Origin: Aquificaceae bacterium
GTDB lineage: Bacteria; Aquificota; Aquificia; Aquificales; Aquificaceae
Direction of reading: 5' to 3'
Length of the DNA: 64,000 nucleotides
Assembly: GCA_037924335.1 (NCBI GenBank)
Contig: JAXSMZ010000004.1
Location: 14,703 to 78,702 of the forward strand
Shown here: positions 1-9,649 of the stretch, in pieces
Layout: each line of letters opens with the position of its first letter
How positions within the stretch are numbered: position 1 is the first letter of the stretch
Notes under the pieces: model-generated
Databases searched by the model: none
What the model saw: the letters and a program-made list of their open reading frames with translations, nothing else
What the model was told of the DNA's origin: nothing
Made by a program: the position numbers and the translations under genes

Positions 1-598
1 TGTAGAGTTTTTGTACTACAAGCAGACAGAAATAAACGGTTTTGACTGTGTTATCTTACCTGGAGGTTTTTCTTTTGGAGATTACTTGAGGGCTGGAGCT
101 TTGGCTAGCAAAACGCCTTTGGCTTATGCTATACAGGATTTTGCAAGTAGGGGAGGGCTTGTTTTTGGTATATGCAACGGTTTTCAGATACTTACAGAGC
201 TTCACCTACTACCCGGAGCTTTGCTAAAGAACGATAACCTGAGGTTCGTATGTAAGGATGTTCATATCAGGGTAGAGAGTAACAAGTCAATGTTTACAAA
301 GAAGATAGAAAAGAAGGAAGTGCTTACCATTCCAATAGCCCATGAGGAAGGGAGATACTATGTGCCCCAAGAAGTTCTCAGGGAAATGGAGGATAATGGT
401 CAAATAGTCCTTAGATATTGCGATGAAGAGGGAAACATAACAGAAAATGCAAATCCTAACGGTTCTGTAAGCAATATAGCCGGTGTGTGCAACAGAGAAG
501 GAAACGTATTTGGGATGATGCCACATCCAGAGAGGGCAAGCGAAGATGTACTCGATTCCCACGATGGGCTTTTGCTTTGGTATTCTCTTATAAACTGA
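1..598 (+). CDS. purQ: Phosphoribosylformylglycinamidine synthase glutaminase subunit (5' end outside the window)
   Basis: Motifs LPGGFSFGDYLRAGA, GICNGFQIL (catalytic Cys) and GMMPHPER. Confidence 0.95.
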   Translation, partial: VEFLYYKQTEINGFDCVILPGGFSFGDYLRAGALASKTPLAYAIQDFASRGGLVFGICNGFQILTELHLLPGALLKNDNLRFVCKDVHIRVESNKSMFTKKIEKKEVLTIPIAHEEGRYYVPQEVLREMEDNGQIVLRYCDEEGNITENANPNGSVSNIAGVCNREGNVFGMMPHPERASEDVLDSHDGLLLWYSLIN

Positions 599-602
599 CC
601 GA

Positions 603-1448
603 TCACTTACCAACTACCATAACAGCACCAGGTCTTTTTATCCTGGGAACAAGGATCTCCATGACCCTAAATTGGTGAACCATGTTAACAGTTTCTGTAT
701 AAGCCAAGCTCATGTCTAAACTTACAACTATATCCATGTTTTGTGGGCCTGAGGACACGAGAATAGCTTTATCCTGTGGGACTATAGGCGTATAGAAAAC
801 ATCGGCCACTACCTTCTTTATCTGTTCTAATTCCAAAAGCCCTGTATTGTGATAAACTCTGTTAAGCTGAAAGTATTGTTTAGGATTCAAAAGCAGATAA
901 TATGGTCCAAAAAATCCGCTCTCAGATAGTTTGGCAATTCCCAAGGACACATCGTTGAAGGCATTCCCCAAAACTTCCCAATCGCTCATAGACATGGTTT
1001 GTCTTCCCTCTACAGTGAGGAGTCCCTCAATACCTAACTTTTTGTTTCCATGAATGATGAGCGTGTCTTCTGCTACTGCGGTGGCAAAGGATGCTGATGC
1101 TGCCGCCGAAGTGTCCATAGGTATGTTAAACTGCCTCCAGTACTCTAAATCTCTCCAGCTTACAGTAAAGGGTTTGTATATTGTAGGCAGTACAATATGC
1201 TTCCTCGTACCAGTTCTCACCGGTTCACATATTTGGCTCTCCTCACCGGGCTTTACTTCACAGCTCCCTGGCTCCACACCCAAAAAGACATCGTAGGATA
1301 TGACCTGATGTCCAGCGCCCAATGGACCAACAACTGGCATAAACCTCCTGCACACTAACGTCTTCTTTGCTATATTCAATATTGTCTCTTCCAAAACATT
1401 CCACTCTTGCTCACTCAAGGGTGATAGGTCTCTTCCTAAAAAATCCAT
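603..1448 (-). CDS. Family 1 encapsulin nanocompartment shell protein (linocin M18-like)
   Basis: N-terminus MDFLGRDLSPLSEQEW...RRFMPVVGPLG, AEDTLIIHG and GFFGPYYLLL; 281 aa; strong RBS (GGAGG). Confidence 0.9.
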   Translation of the reverse strand: MDFLGRDLSPLSEQEWNVLEETILNIAKKTLVCRRFMPVVGPLGAGHQVISYDVFLGVEPGSCEVKPGEESQICEPVRTGTRKHIVLPTIYKPFTVSWRDLEYWRQFNIPMDTSAAASASFATAVAEDTLIIHGNKKLGIEGLLTVEGRQTMSMSDWEVLGNAFNDVSLGIAKLSESGFFGPYYLLLNPKQYFQLNRVYHNTGLLELEQIKKVVADVFYTPIVPQDKAILVSSGPQNMDIVVSLDMSLAYTETVNMVHQFRVMEILVPRIKRPGAVMVVGK

Positions 1449-2562
1449 CCTTCTTACCTCCTATATTATAATAAGTTTCCTTGATAAACTCCCTTAAAAA
1501 ATAGAACCATCCTTTTGTGTACACGTTTTTGTATTTCCTTTCCCCTTTCAAGATCCCGTAATAGCTCCTGAGAAAGCCACCTTTCCCCATACTGTAGGCT
1601 ATCCTTTGGAATCTGTACGCGACCCTTGCTATCTTTCCCGCGTACACAAGCTCAGAAACTATATCCCTTAGTAGGTTTCTGTAAAGTTTTATAGCTTTTG
1701 ATGGTTCTTTCTCTATAGCCTCTGAAAGCAAAAGACCACTCAGTACTGCATAATAGATACCCTCTCCCAGAAGAGGGTCTGCTAAGTTTGCTGCATCGCC
1801 AACAAGCAAAACTCTCTCAGAACCGTAATGTACATCCTTTTCACTCTCTGCATAAGGTATGTGCCAACCATAGACCCTTGTCTTGTACTTTAAATTCCTT
1901 CTCTCTGCGTAAGCTTTCAAAAGGCTCAAAAGGTTCTCCTTCCCTGCGCTTGCCAATCCTACACTCAGCATATGACCTTTTGGGAAGATCCAGGCATAAC
2001 CCTTTTCCACAATACCTATATCAATGATAACTTTATCCTTTAACTCTCCAGTTGTAAAGAACTCTAAAGCTCTGAAAAATTTGGACTTTTTAAAGCCAAG
2101 AACCTTTGAAACTTTTGAGTGGAAACCATCAGCACCCACAATAAAATCGGCAAAGAAAGCACCCCTTGAAGTATAGACCTTGTACTTTCCCAGACTTTTT
2201 TCAAAACTCAAGAATTCAGTTTCTTCGAGAAACTGGACCCCCTTTTCTTGAGCACACCTTGCAAAGGAAGCATCAAACTGGGGTCTATCCACTATGTAAG
2301 CTACTGTTTCATTGGATGGGGTTTCAACCCCTCCATTACCCATGTATCCAAGAATTCCAGAGTTTACTCTGTTCAGCACAAGCCCTTCCCAACCTTTTGG
2401 TAAAAGCTTTTCCACTCTTCTTGATAGACATCCTGCACAGAGCTTAAAGCGTGGTAGTTTGTTTTTTTCTAAGAGCAATACCTTAAGTCCCTTTTGAGAA
2501 AGATAAAAAGCACAGGAAGAGCCAGCAGGCCCCCCACCTACTACAACGACATCATAATTCAT
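1411..2562 (-). CDS. Geranylgeranyl reductase family FAD-dependent oxidoreductase
   Basis: Motifs YDVVVVGGGPAGS, PRFKLCAG, GYAWIFPKG and LVGDAA...PLLGEGIYYA. Confidence 0.85.
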   Translation of the reverse strand: MNYDVVVVGGGPAGSSCAFYLSQKGLKVLLLEKNKLPRFKLCAGCLSRRVEKLLPKGWEGLVLNRVNSGILGYMGNGGVETPSNETVAYIVDRPQFDASFARCAQEKGVQFLEETEFLSFEKSLGKYKVYTSRGAFFADFIVGADGFHSKVSKVLGFKKSKFFRALEFFTTGELKDKVIIDIGIVEKGYAWIFPKGHMLSVGLASAGKENLLSLLKAYAERRNLKYKTRVYGWHIPYAESEKDVHYGSERVLLVGDAANLADPLLGEGIYYAVLSGLLLSEAIEKEPSKAIKLYRNLLRDIVSELVYAGKIARVAYRFQRIAYSMGKGGFLRSYYGILKGERKYKNVYTKGWFYFLREFIKETYYNIGGKKDGFFRKRPITLE

Positions 2563-2578
2563 AAGAATAGTTTAGCAC

Positions 2579-2857
2579 TCAATCCTCCTTACCATAGTAC
2601 TTTGTGAGATAGTCAACTATGGCTGGCACATCCTCTGGTTTTATAGGAGCTCCCATTACTTTTATCATCTTGTTTACGCTTGCCTCCCACCCCTTTCTGT
2701 TAAGGAAGGGCGAGTTCATCTGTATGTAGTCAAGGCTATGACAGACAGAGCAGTTGGCTTCAACAAGAGCCTTACCTTTACCTTCCTTTAACTTTATGCT
2801 TTCTTCACCAGCAAAAGAAAAAGCTACTATTAGGACTATGAAAAAAAGTTTTCTCAT
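2579..2857 (-). CDS. sorB: Monoheme cytochrome c subunit of sulfite dehydrogenase (SorB-like)
   Basis: Signal peptide, CSVCHSLDYI heme motif, KMIKVMGAPI; lies directly after the sorA-like gene. Confidence 0.8.
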   Translation of the reverse strand: MRKLFFIVLIVAFSFAGEESIKLKEGKGKALVEANCSVCHSLDYIQMNSPFLNRKGWEASVNKMIKVMGAPIKPEDVPAIVDYLTKYYGKED

Positions 2858-2869
2858 CTTTATACCTCC

Positions 2870-4117
2870 CTAAAGAACCTTTACGGTAATCTTCTGAACT
2901 ACGTTGTGATGATAGCCTGCTGGGTTCCATATGAGCTCAAAGGTTTGAGTCTGTCCTATGCGGTTTGTTGCCTTTGCCATGATGGTATAAGTTCCTCTCT
3001 TTGCAGGTTTAAACCTGTATGTCCACTGTCTCCAAGAGAACCTTCCATAGTCTTTGCCAAGTTCAGCATCTTTCCATGTTCTCCCGCCATCCGTTGAAAT
3101 CTCAACAGTCTTTATACCGTAGCCACCATCCCACGCCATTCCCTTCACTTCCACCATCTGACCCAGTCTGAAGGTTTGCCCATCGTTTATATTCGTGATG
3201 AGCGAATTGACCACAATTTCAGTTATGGGTGTGTTTGTTACTGTCTCTTGGGATACGAACCTATCTACCATGGGAAACTTGCCAAGGGGTAGCCTGTAGG
3301 CCGTTTTCATCCAGAAACCGTCATAGGGTCTTGAAACTACGTCTATTGATGTTATATGTTTCATCCAGTAGGTAGCTGTCCATCCTGGTACCACAAGTCT
3401 TGCGGGAAAGCCGTTCCAATGAGGCAGAGGCTCTCCGTTCATCTCATAAGCTATTATGGTGTTTTCATCGAGAGCTTTCCAGACCGGTATGCTCTTTATA
3501 AAGTCTGGTGTACCAGCAGCCACACCGGAATCTGCACCGTCAAGAATAACCTCAAGAGCACCAGCCTTTAGGCCTGCCTTGTTGAGAATATCCTTCAATC
3601 TTACCCCTTTCCATTTGGCATTACCCATAGCACCGTATCCCCATTCAATGCCTGGTACATGAGGTTTCATAAGACCCCTTCTGTTTCCAGAACATTGACA
3701 TAGAGCCACAAGCTCAACCTGCTCAAACTTGGTCTTTAGGTCTTCCAAAGTAAGTTCTAAAGGCCTTTCAACGGAGTCTCCACCAACCTTTAACCTCCAC
3801 TCTTTTTCACTTACCTGTGGTATGTTGGAAAGGTGATACCTGATAAAAAATACATCGTTCGGTGTGAAGACCTCGTTAAAGTACTTGACTGGCATCTCAT
3901 AGTTTGGTGGTCTGTAAGTTTTCTTTATAAGCGGTTTTTTACCGGAAATAGCTTCAAGAGTTTGTTCTTCAATAGTTCCTTCTGGGAGTTCCTTTACTGC
4001 AGTGCTAAGAAGTGATGGGTCAACAGTGGCAAGGGCAAGCTTTGGTATCAGTAAGCCACCACCGGTTGCAACAAAACCTCCCACGCTACCTTTGATAAAG
4101 CTTCTTCGGCTTAGCAT
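2870..4117 (-). CDS. sorA: Periplasmic molybdopterin sulfite dehydrogenase (SorA-like)
   Basis: Tat signal SRRSFIK, FFIRYH, CQCSGNRR (Mo-ligating Cys), NGFPARLVVPGW; RBS GGAGG before ATG 4117. Confidence 0.85.
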   Translation of the reverse strand: MLSRRSFIKGSVGGFVATGGGLLIPKLALATVDPSLLSTAVKELPEGTIEEQTLEAISGKKPLIKKTYRPPNYEMPVKYFNEVFTPNDVFFIRYHLSNIPQVSEKEWRLKVGGDSVERPLELTLEDLKTKFEQVELVALCQCSGNRRGLMKPHVPGIEWGYGAMGNAKWKGVRLKDILNKAGLKAGALEVILDGADSGVAAGTPDFIKSIPVWKALDENTIIAYEMNGEPLPHWNGFPARLVVPGWTATYWMKHITSIDVVSRPYDGFWMKTAYRLPLGKFPMVDRFVSQETVTNTPITEIVVNSLITNINDGQTFRLGQMVEVKGMAWDGGYGIKTVEISTDGGRTWKDAELGKDYGRFSWRQWTYRFKPAKRGTYTIMAKATNRIGQTQTFELIWNPAGYHHNVVQKITVKVL

Positions 4118-4249
4118 TCTTAAACCTCCACTCTTCAAGTTTTATAAGATAAGAAAATAAGTTATCTAAGATTATATTGCAATAAAAAAAAGTTATAGGA
4201 TTATTAATTTCATTTATGCCATTATTTTGTATGTTATTGACAATATTTA

Positions 4250-4628
4250 ATAGTTTCTCACCCTAAGGATAAGATTTCGCAGGCAAGGGGACTATAAGCT
4301 CCCTCGTGAACCGCAGAAGAACATTCTTACAGGTGAAAAACTGCCATCTATTACTCTTTTGAATATCCTGTTTATCTCTGTCTTCAAAAAGTGCTTTGCC
4401 CTCTTCCACAAAGACAAGTTTTAAATACCACTTGCCATCTTTCTTTAAAACCTCTATGTTAGAACACAGCTTCCAATCTCTGAAATAGTTATTGGAGAGG
4501 TTTTCAAGGAAGTCTAACTTGCCTGTGTTTGCAAAGTCCAGAGAGAAAAGCAAGCTTCTTTTAATGACACTCCGCACTGCTACATTTATCAATAGGTTTC
4601 TATAATTTCAGTGACTAGTTTCTAATAC
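4250..4628 (-). mobile_element. Internally deleted TnpB-element derivative, copy A (IS607-like?)
   Basis: Left end GTATTAGAAACTAGTCACTG and right end ...GGGAGCTTATAGTCCCCTTGCCTGC...AACTAT are shared with 40301-40597; residual ORF 4263-4592 looks like fused TnpB fragments. Confidence 0.7.
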
Positions 4629-4750
4629 ATCCCTCAGAGTGTTTCAAAAAGCGGAGATGGTTATCATCCCCATACACCCCTTGACTTATGATAAAAATCA
4701 TTTAAATTTATGGTATATTAACGTGAAATTTATCACAGGAGGTGCGTAGC

Positions 4751-6160
4751 ATGGATGTTCTTGGTTTCTACCCCATGTGGTATGTACCAACCTTTGGCAG
4801 TGCATTTACCATTGCCATCATAGCTACAATTCACGTGATGGCCTCCCACACATCTGTAGGTGCTTCTATACTGCTTGCCTATCTTGCCACAAAGGCTTAC
4901 AGGGAGAATCAGCCCCAGATCTACGACTACATCAAAAAGTACCTACTGGGACTTTTAATATTCTCCTACGTGTCTGGTTCTATAACTGGTCCTGGCATAT
5001 GGTTCTCCGCAACGGTGGCAAACCCGAGAGGTATATCGGCACTCATCCATAACTTTGTTTGGGTATGGGCAGCCGAGTGGGTTTGGTTTATAGCTGAAGT
5101 GACACTTGTTTATATCCTCTTTTATACTTTGGGTAAGATAGACCAGAGGAGCTGGCTAAGGCTTGTTTGGACCTTTGCCATAGGATCTTGGGCAACCATG
5201 TACATAATAGTTGGGATACTCTCCTTTATGCTCTCCCCGGGTCATGAGAAGTGGTTCACCACAGGAAACATACTTGACGCCTTTTACAACAAGAACTACT
5301 TCCCACACCTTCTTGAAAGGTCCTCCTTCATGTTTGCCATAGCTGGAACTATAGGAATAGTCATAGCAAGCTTGATGAAAAAGGATATAAGCGAGAAGGT
5401 CTACAAAGATATAGCTAGAACAGTATCTTACTGGGGTATGGGAGGTGTTGTGTTCACTCTTATGTTCTTTGCATGGTACATTTCAACCCTTCCCAACAGA
5501 AGCGATGTGATTCTAAACAACATAATCCCCATTTATCTTAAGCTTCCAATAATACTCATAGTTGTAATAGTTCTGCTTCACTTTTTCCTCACTGCTGTTA
5601 GACCAACGATCGCGAGACCTTGGATAGCTTATCCTATATACATACTCATATTCTTCATGGGTGTCTACCCTGAAGAGAAGATAAGAGAAACTTTAAGAAA
5701 GCCGTACGTTGCCGGTGAATTTGTGTGGGTAAACCAGATCATAGACAAGGATGTTCCGGCAAAGGGTATAAAGTCGGAAGTACCCATAATCGACCAAAAG
5801 GGCCTCTTAACTCTAAACCCTTTTGTACCTGAAGGTTTAAAAAAGATAACGCCCGAGAATCAGATAATGGCTGGAAAGACTATGGCTATACTTGCTTGCT
5901 CTGGATGTCATAATGTCACGGGCTCTACAGGTCTTAGGCCCTTTGGACAGAAGTTTGCAGGTATGACAGACCCAAACGCTGTTTACAACTTTTTGGTTAG
6001 CTATCTGAGAAATAGCCATCCTCCTTACATGCCCAAGCTTGTGGGTACCGATGACGAGGTAAAAGCTCTCTCTGCCTACATAGCAGACATGATGTCCAAA
6101 GGTGGCTCTGTATCCGCAAGGATAGAAGTTCCAAAGGCTTCTCAAGAGGCTAAAAGATAA
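4751..6160 (+). CDS. Cytochrome bd subunit I (CydA)-like membrane protein with a C-terminal c-type heme
   Basis: About 9 TM segments, HVMASH in TM1, WAAEWVWFIAE, C-terminal CSGCH and PYMP; RBS AGGAGG. Confidence 0.65.
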   Translation: MDVLGFYPMWYVPTFGSAFTIAIIATIHVMASHTSVGASILLAYLATKAYRENQPQIYDYIKKYLLGLLIFSYVSGSITGPGIWFSATVANPRGISALIHNFVWVWAAEWVWFIAEVTLVYILFYTLGKIDQRSWLRLVWTFAIGSWATMYIIVGILSFMLSPGHEKWFTTGNILDAFYNKNYFPHLLERSSFMFAIAGTIGIVIASLMKKDISEKVYKDIARTVSYWGMGGVVFTLMFFAWYISTLPNRSDVILNNIIPIYLKLPIILIVVIVLLHFFLTAVRPTIARPWIAYPIYILIFFMGVYPEEKIRETLRKPYVAGEFVWVNQIIDKDVPAKGIKSEVPIIDQKGLLTLNPFVPEGLKKITPENQIMAGKTMAILACSGCHNVTGSTGLRPFGQKFAGMTDPNAVYNFLVSYLRNSHPPYMPKLVGTDDEVKALSAYIADMMSKGGSVSARIEVPKASQEAKR

Positions 6161-6173
6161 GGAGGTAAGACAG

Positions 6174-7475
6174 ATGAGTGGAAGAGACCTTTTAAGGTGG
6201 TTTTTGGTAGGGGTGCTATCCTTTATGCTGGTGGGTGGTAAGGTTGCTTTGGCAGTTGACACTTCTGCTATGCTAAAAGCTATGCCAGACCCAGCTGGTG
6301 CGCCTTTCTTTCCTGTTGTGATGCAAATACTTCAGGTGCTAACATGGGCACTGCACATACTCTTTGTCTATTCTGCAGTTGGAGGGCTTTTCTTTGCCAT
6401 ATATGGATTTATCAAAAGGGATGAAAACTGGCAGAGGCTTTCCTCTGCAACCGTAGAGCTTTCTAAGGTATCCGTCTCCCTTGCCATAGTTTTGGGTGTC
6501 GCACCCTTACTTTTCTATCAGGTCATATACGACCCCCTTTGGTACTCATCGGCAAACCTTTCCGCCTGGTGGTACATTATGTTTATAGTCTGCCTATTGA
6601 TAGGTTACTACTTTATCTGGGCTGCATACTTTACAAGGAATAAGCCATCTACTTCCATGTTGATGTCCATACTGGGTATTGTCTTCCTGCTGATTGTGGG
6701 CTTTATCATACACGTGGTCAACTATCAATCTCTTTATCCAGAAAAGTGGGTTAGCTGGTATACCTCCAATGGAACTACTATGAACACGAGCGGATGGAAC
6801 ATATACAGCTTTAACCTATTCAGATACTTGGCCTTCTTGGTTTTTCCATCTATAACTGTCACTGGTGTTTTTCTTATGCTATATAGCTGGTATTTCAAAG
6901 ATAGAGAAGATATGGATAGAGCTTACTTAGATTGGGCTGGAAGAGTTGGAGCAAGGTTTGCTTTGTTCTCTGGTGCTGGATGGCTCCTTTTCCATATCCT
7001 TTACATCCTCAGCATACCCACAGATTGGGGTGCAAAGGGAAGCATCCTAACATGGCTTAGCGTCCTTGGAATAGCTTTGGCTGCTGGTGTAGTGTTTATG
7101 GCACAGAAGAACCCAAGCAAGATGTCTATACCTTCTTTGCTTGCTGGAGCCGTAGCCATAATCCTTGTTGCTGTCTTTAGAGAGTATCTGAGGGTTGCAT
7201 CCACGGCCAGGTTCGGCTATTCTATCTATGACTACAAGCTGAACCTTGAATTTCTTAGCCCACTGCTGTTCTTTGGTACTTTGGCTACTGGCCTTATTCT
7301 TTATGCATATGCATGGTGGATGGCCTATAGGGCTGGAAGAACTCCAAAAGGTAAGGTTTATGAAGCTTCGGAGACAGAACATTATCTTGGTGATGCCTCC
7401 GTTTTCGTTGTTATTCTTTGGGCTGTTGTTTGGATAGGTGTGGGACTAATTATCATAGTAAGGAACTACGGTTAA
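6174..7475 (+). CDS. Second CydA-like polytopic membrane protein, probable partner subunit
   Basis: Signal-like N-terminus, LHILFV, IVLGVAPLLF, multiple TM segments; RBS AGGAGG. Confidence 0.55.
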   Translation: MSGRDLLRWFLVGVLSFMLVGGKVALAVDTSAMLKAMPDPAGAPFFPVVMQILQVLTWALHILFVYSAVGGLFFAIYGFIKRDENWQRLSSATVELSKVSVSLAIVLGVAPLLFYQVIYDPLWYSSANLSAWWYIMFIVCLLIGYYFIWAAYFTRNKPSTSMLMSILGIVFLLIVGFIIHVVNYQSLYPEKWVSWYTSNGTTMNTSGWNIYSFNLFRYLAFLVFPSITVTGVFLMLYSWYFKDREDMDRAYLDWAGRVGARFALFSGAGWLLFHILYILSIPTDWGAKGSILTWLSVLGIALAAGVVFMAQKNPSKMSIPSLLAGAVAIILVAVFREYLRVASTARFGYSIYDYKLNLEFLSPLLFFGTLATGLILYAYAWWMAYRAGRTPKGKVYEASETEHYLGDASVFVVILWAVVWIGVGLIIIVRNYG

Positions 7476-7481
7476 AAGTCA

Positions 7482-7503
7482 GCCGGGCTTTGCCCGGCCT
7501 TTA
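7482..7503 (+). terminator. Probable intrinsic terminator
   Basis: GCCGGGC-TTT-GCCCGGC hairpin followed by a short T run just after the stop codon. Confidence 0.55.
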
Positions 7504-7526
7504 GAATGTGTTAAACTATTCTGCGA

Positions 7527-9125
7527 ATGCAAAAAGTCCTCATCCTCGGAAGCGGCCCCAACAGGATAGGCCAGGGTATAGAGTTTGATTACGCATGCGT
7601 CCATGCCATATTTTCCATGATGGAAGAGGGAGTCCAAACCATAATGGTAAACTGCAATCCAGAAACAGTCTCCACAGACTATGACACTGTAGACAAGCTT
7701 TACATTGAGCCCATAGTCCTTGAGAACGTGCTTGCTGTCATAAGGAGAGAAAAACCCGACGGTGTCTTCCTTCAATTTGGAGGACAAACACCCTTAAAGC
7801 TATCCTTGGAGCTTCAAAGGTTGGGAGTGAAGATATTAGGGACGCAGCCAGAGAGCATAGACATGGCAGAGGACAGAGAGCTCTTCAGGGACCTGATGAG
7901 CAAGCTGGAGATAAAACAACCACCCAGCCTGGCAGTGAGGTCCAAGGAAGAGGCTATTAAGGCTGCAAAGGAGATAGGCTACCCTGTTCTTGTAAGACCT
8001 TCCTATGTGCTTGGTGGGAGGGCTATGAAGATCGTTTACGATGAGGAAGACCTTCTTAAGTATCTGGACCAGGCAGTGAGCGTAAGCTACGAGAGACCCA
8101 TACTGGTAGATAAGTACCTTCAGGATAGCATAGAGGTTGACGTGGATGCTATAGGGGATGGTGAGGAGTATCTTATAGGTGCTGTAATGGAGCATATAGA
8201 AGAGGCAGGAGTACATTCGGGAGACAGTGCAGCATCCATCCCACCTTACACGCTCAAGGAGGAGATTGTAAATACCATAAAGGAGCAATCAAAGAAGATA
8301 GCTAAGGCTCTCTCTGTGAAGGGTCTTATAAACCTTCAGTTTGCTGTCCAAGAGGGAGAGGTTTATGTCCTTGAGGTGAACCCAAGGGCCTCCAGGACTG
8401 TCCCCTTTGTGAGCAAGGCTATTGGCTATCCTCTTGCCAAGCTTGCCGCTAAGATAGGAATAGGAAAGAGGCTCAGAGATTTAGTTCCAGAGGTATTTGA
8501 AAGGTTAGAAAAGGAAAAAGCTCATACTGCCAGCGACTTTTTACCCAAGGATAAGAAGCTTTTTGCTGTGAAGGAGGTTGTCTTTCCTTGGAATAGGTTT
8601 CCTGAGGTGGACCCAGTTTTAGGACCAGAGATGAAGAGCACTGGGGAAGTTATGAGCATTGACGAAGAGTTTGGGCTTGCCTACTATAAGGCTCAGCTTG
8701 CGATTGGTAACAGGCTACCCACAGAAGGTATAGTCTTCCTTAGCGTTGCGGACAGGGACAAGTCAAAGGTAGTTGAGCTGGCAGAAGGATTTTTAAAGTT
8801 TGGCTTTAAGCTGTGTGCCACAACAGGGACTTATAAGTTTTTGAAGGAAAGAGGTATAAATGTGGAGCATGTTCTAAAAGTTTCCGAAGGAAGGCCCAAT
8901 GTGGTAGATATGATTACCAACGGGGAGATAAACTTAGTGATAAACACACCAACTGGGAAAAAAGCGCGTAGCGATGCTTATTACATAAGGAGGGCAGTTT
9001 TGCAACACAACGTACCATATACCACTACAGTGAGGGGGGGATACGCCATGCTCTCTGCCATAAAGTGCTATTTGGAGCACAAAGGAAAGCTAAAGGTTTA
9101 TACTCTTCAAGATATACATAGATGA
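7527..9125 (+). CDS. carB: Carbamoyl-phosphate synthase large subunit, C-terminal half (split CarB2)
   Basis: GSGPNRIGQGIEFDY, PVLVRPSYVLGG, EVNPRASRTVPF and an MGS domain; 532 aa. Confidence 0.92.
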   Translation: MQKVLILGSGPNRIGQGIEFDYACVHAIFSMMEEGVQTIMVNCNPETVSTDYDTVDKLYIEPIVLENVLAVIRREKPDGVFLQFGGQTPLKLSLELQRLGVKILGTQPESIDMAEDRELFRDLMSKLEIKQPPSLAVRSKEEAIKAAKEIGYPVLVRPSYVLGGRAMKIVYDEEDLLKYLDQAVSVSYERPILVDKYLQDSIEVDVDAIGDGEEYLIGAVMEHIEEAGVHSGDSAASIPPYTLKEEIVNTIKEQSKKIAKALSVKGLINLQFAVQEGEVYVLEVNPRASRTVPFVSKAIGYPLAKLAAKIGIGKRLRDLVPEVFERLEKEKAHTASDFLPKDKKLFAVKEVVFPWNRFPEVDPVLGPEMKSTGEVMSIDEEFGLAYYKAQLAIGNRLPTEGIVFLSVADRDKSKVVELAEGFLKFGFKLCATTGTYKFLKERGINVEHVLKVSEGRPNVVDMITNGEINLVINTPTGKKARSDAYYIRRAVLQHNVPYTTTVRGGYAMLSAIKCYLEHKGKLKVYTLQDIHR

Positions 9126-9649
9126 AAGTACTTTTGACTGGAGCACCTGGCGTAGGCAAAACCACACTCGTCAAAAAGGTAGCTCAAAAGCTCAAGGGAA
9201 AGGTCGTAGGCTTTTGGACGGAGGAGGTAAGAGACATATCTACTGGAAAGAGGACTGGTTTTAGAATAAAGGATACTGAAGGTAATTCGGAAGTTTTTTC
9301 CAGCAAGTTTTTCACATCTAAACACTTGGTAGGTTCCTATGGTGTTAACGTGGAGAAGTTTGAAAAGGTAGCCCTGTCCATAATTGAAAAAGCGATGAAG
9401 GAAAAGGGAAAGATAATTCTCATAGATGAGGTTGGCAAGATGGAGCTTTTCTCAAAGAGCTTTGTTTCTCTTGTGGAAAGAATATTCTCTGACCCAAGGA
9501 CAAAGGTTTTGGCTACCATACCTATAAGGGATGTTCACCCTCTAGTGGCTTGGATAAGAAGACATCCTTCTGCTGTTCTCCTTCAGATGACAAAAGAAAA
9601 CAGGGACAGCCTTCTTGAGGACGTTATAGGCCTACTGACGGAAGGATAA
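9122..9649 (+). CDS. THEP1-family NTPase
   Basis: Walker A GAPGVGKT, GFWTEEVR and IDEVGKME. Confidence 0.88.
   Translation: MKVLLTGAPGVGKTTLVKKVAQKLKGKVVGFWTEEVRDISTGKRTGFRIKDTEGNSEVFSSKFFTSKHLVGSYGVNVEKFEKVALSIIEKAMKEKGKIILIDEVGKMELFSKSFVSLVERIFSDPRTKVLATIPIRDVHPLVAWIRRHPSAVLLQMTKENRDSLLEDVIGLLTEG

Noticed and set aside
1411..1460. Reductase C-terminus as an encapsulin cargo-loading peptide
   Set aside because: There is no LxIGSL-like motif; the tail is simply the overlap with the encapsulin RBS and start
4609..4660. GTTTCTAATAC as a possible CRISPR repeat start
   Set aside because: There is no regularly spaced array or cas gene; the three dispersed copies are better explained as element ends
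7527..9125. Half-length carB as a pseudogene
   Set aside because: A split CarB is established in Aquifex, and this ORF is intact
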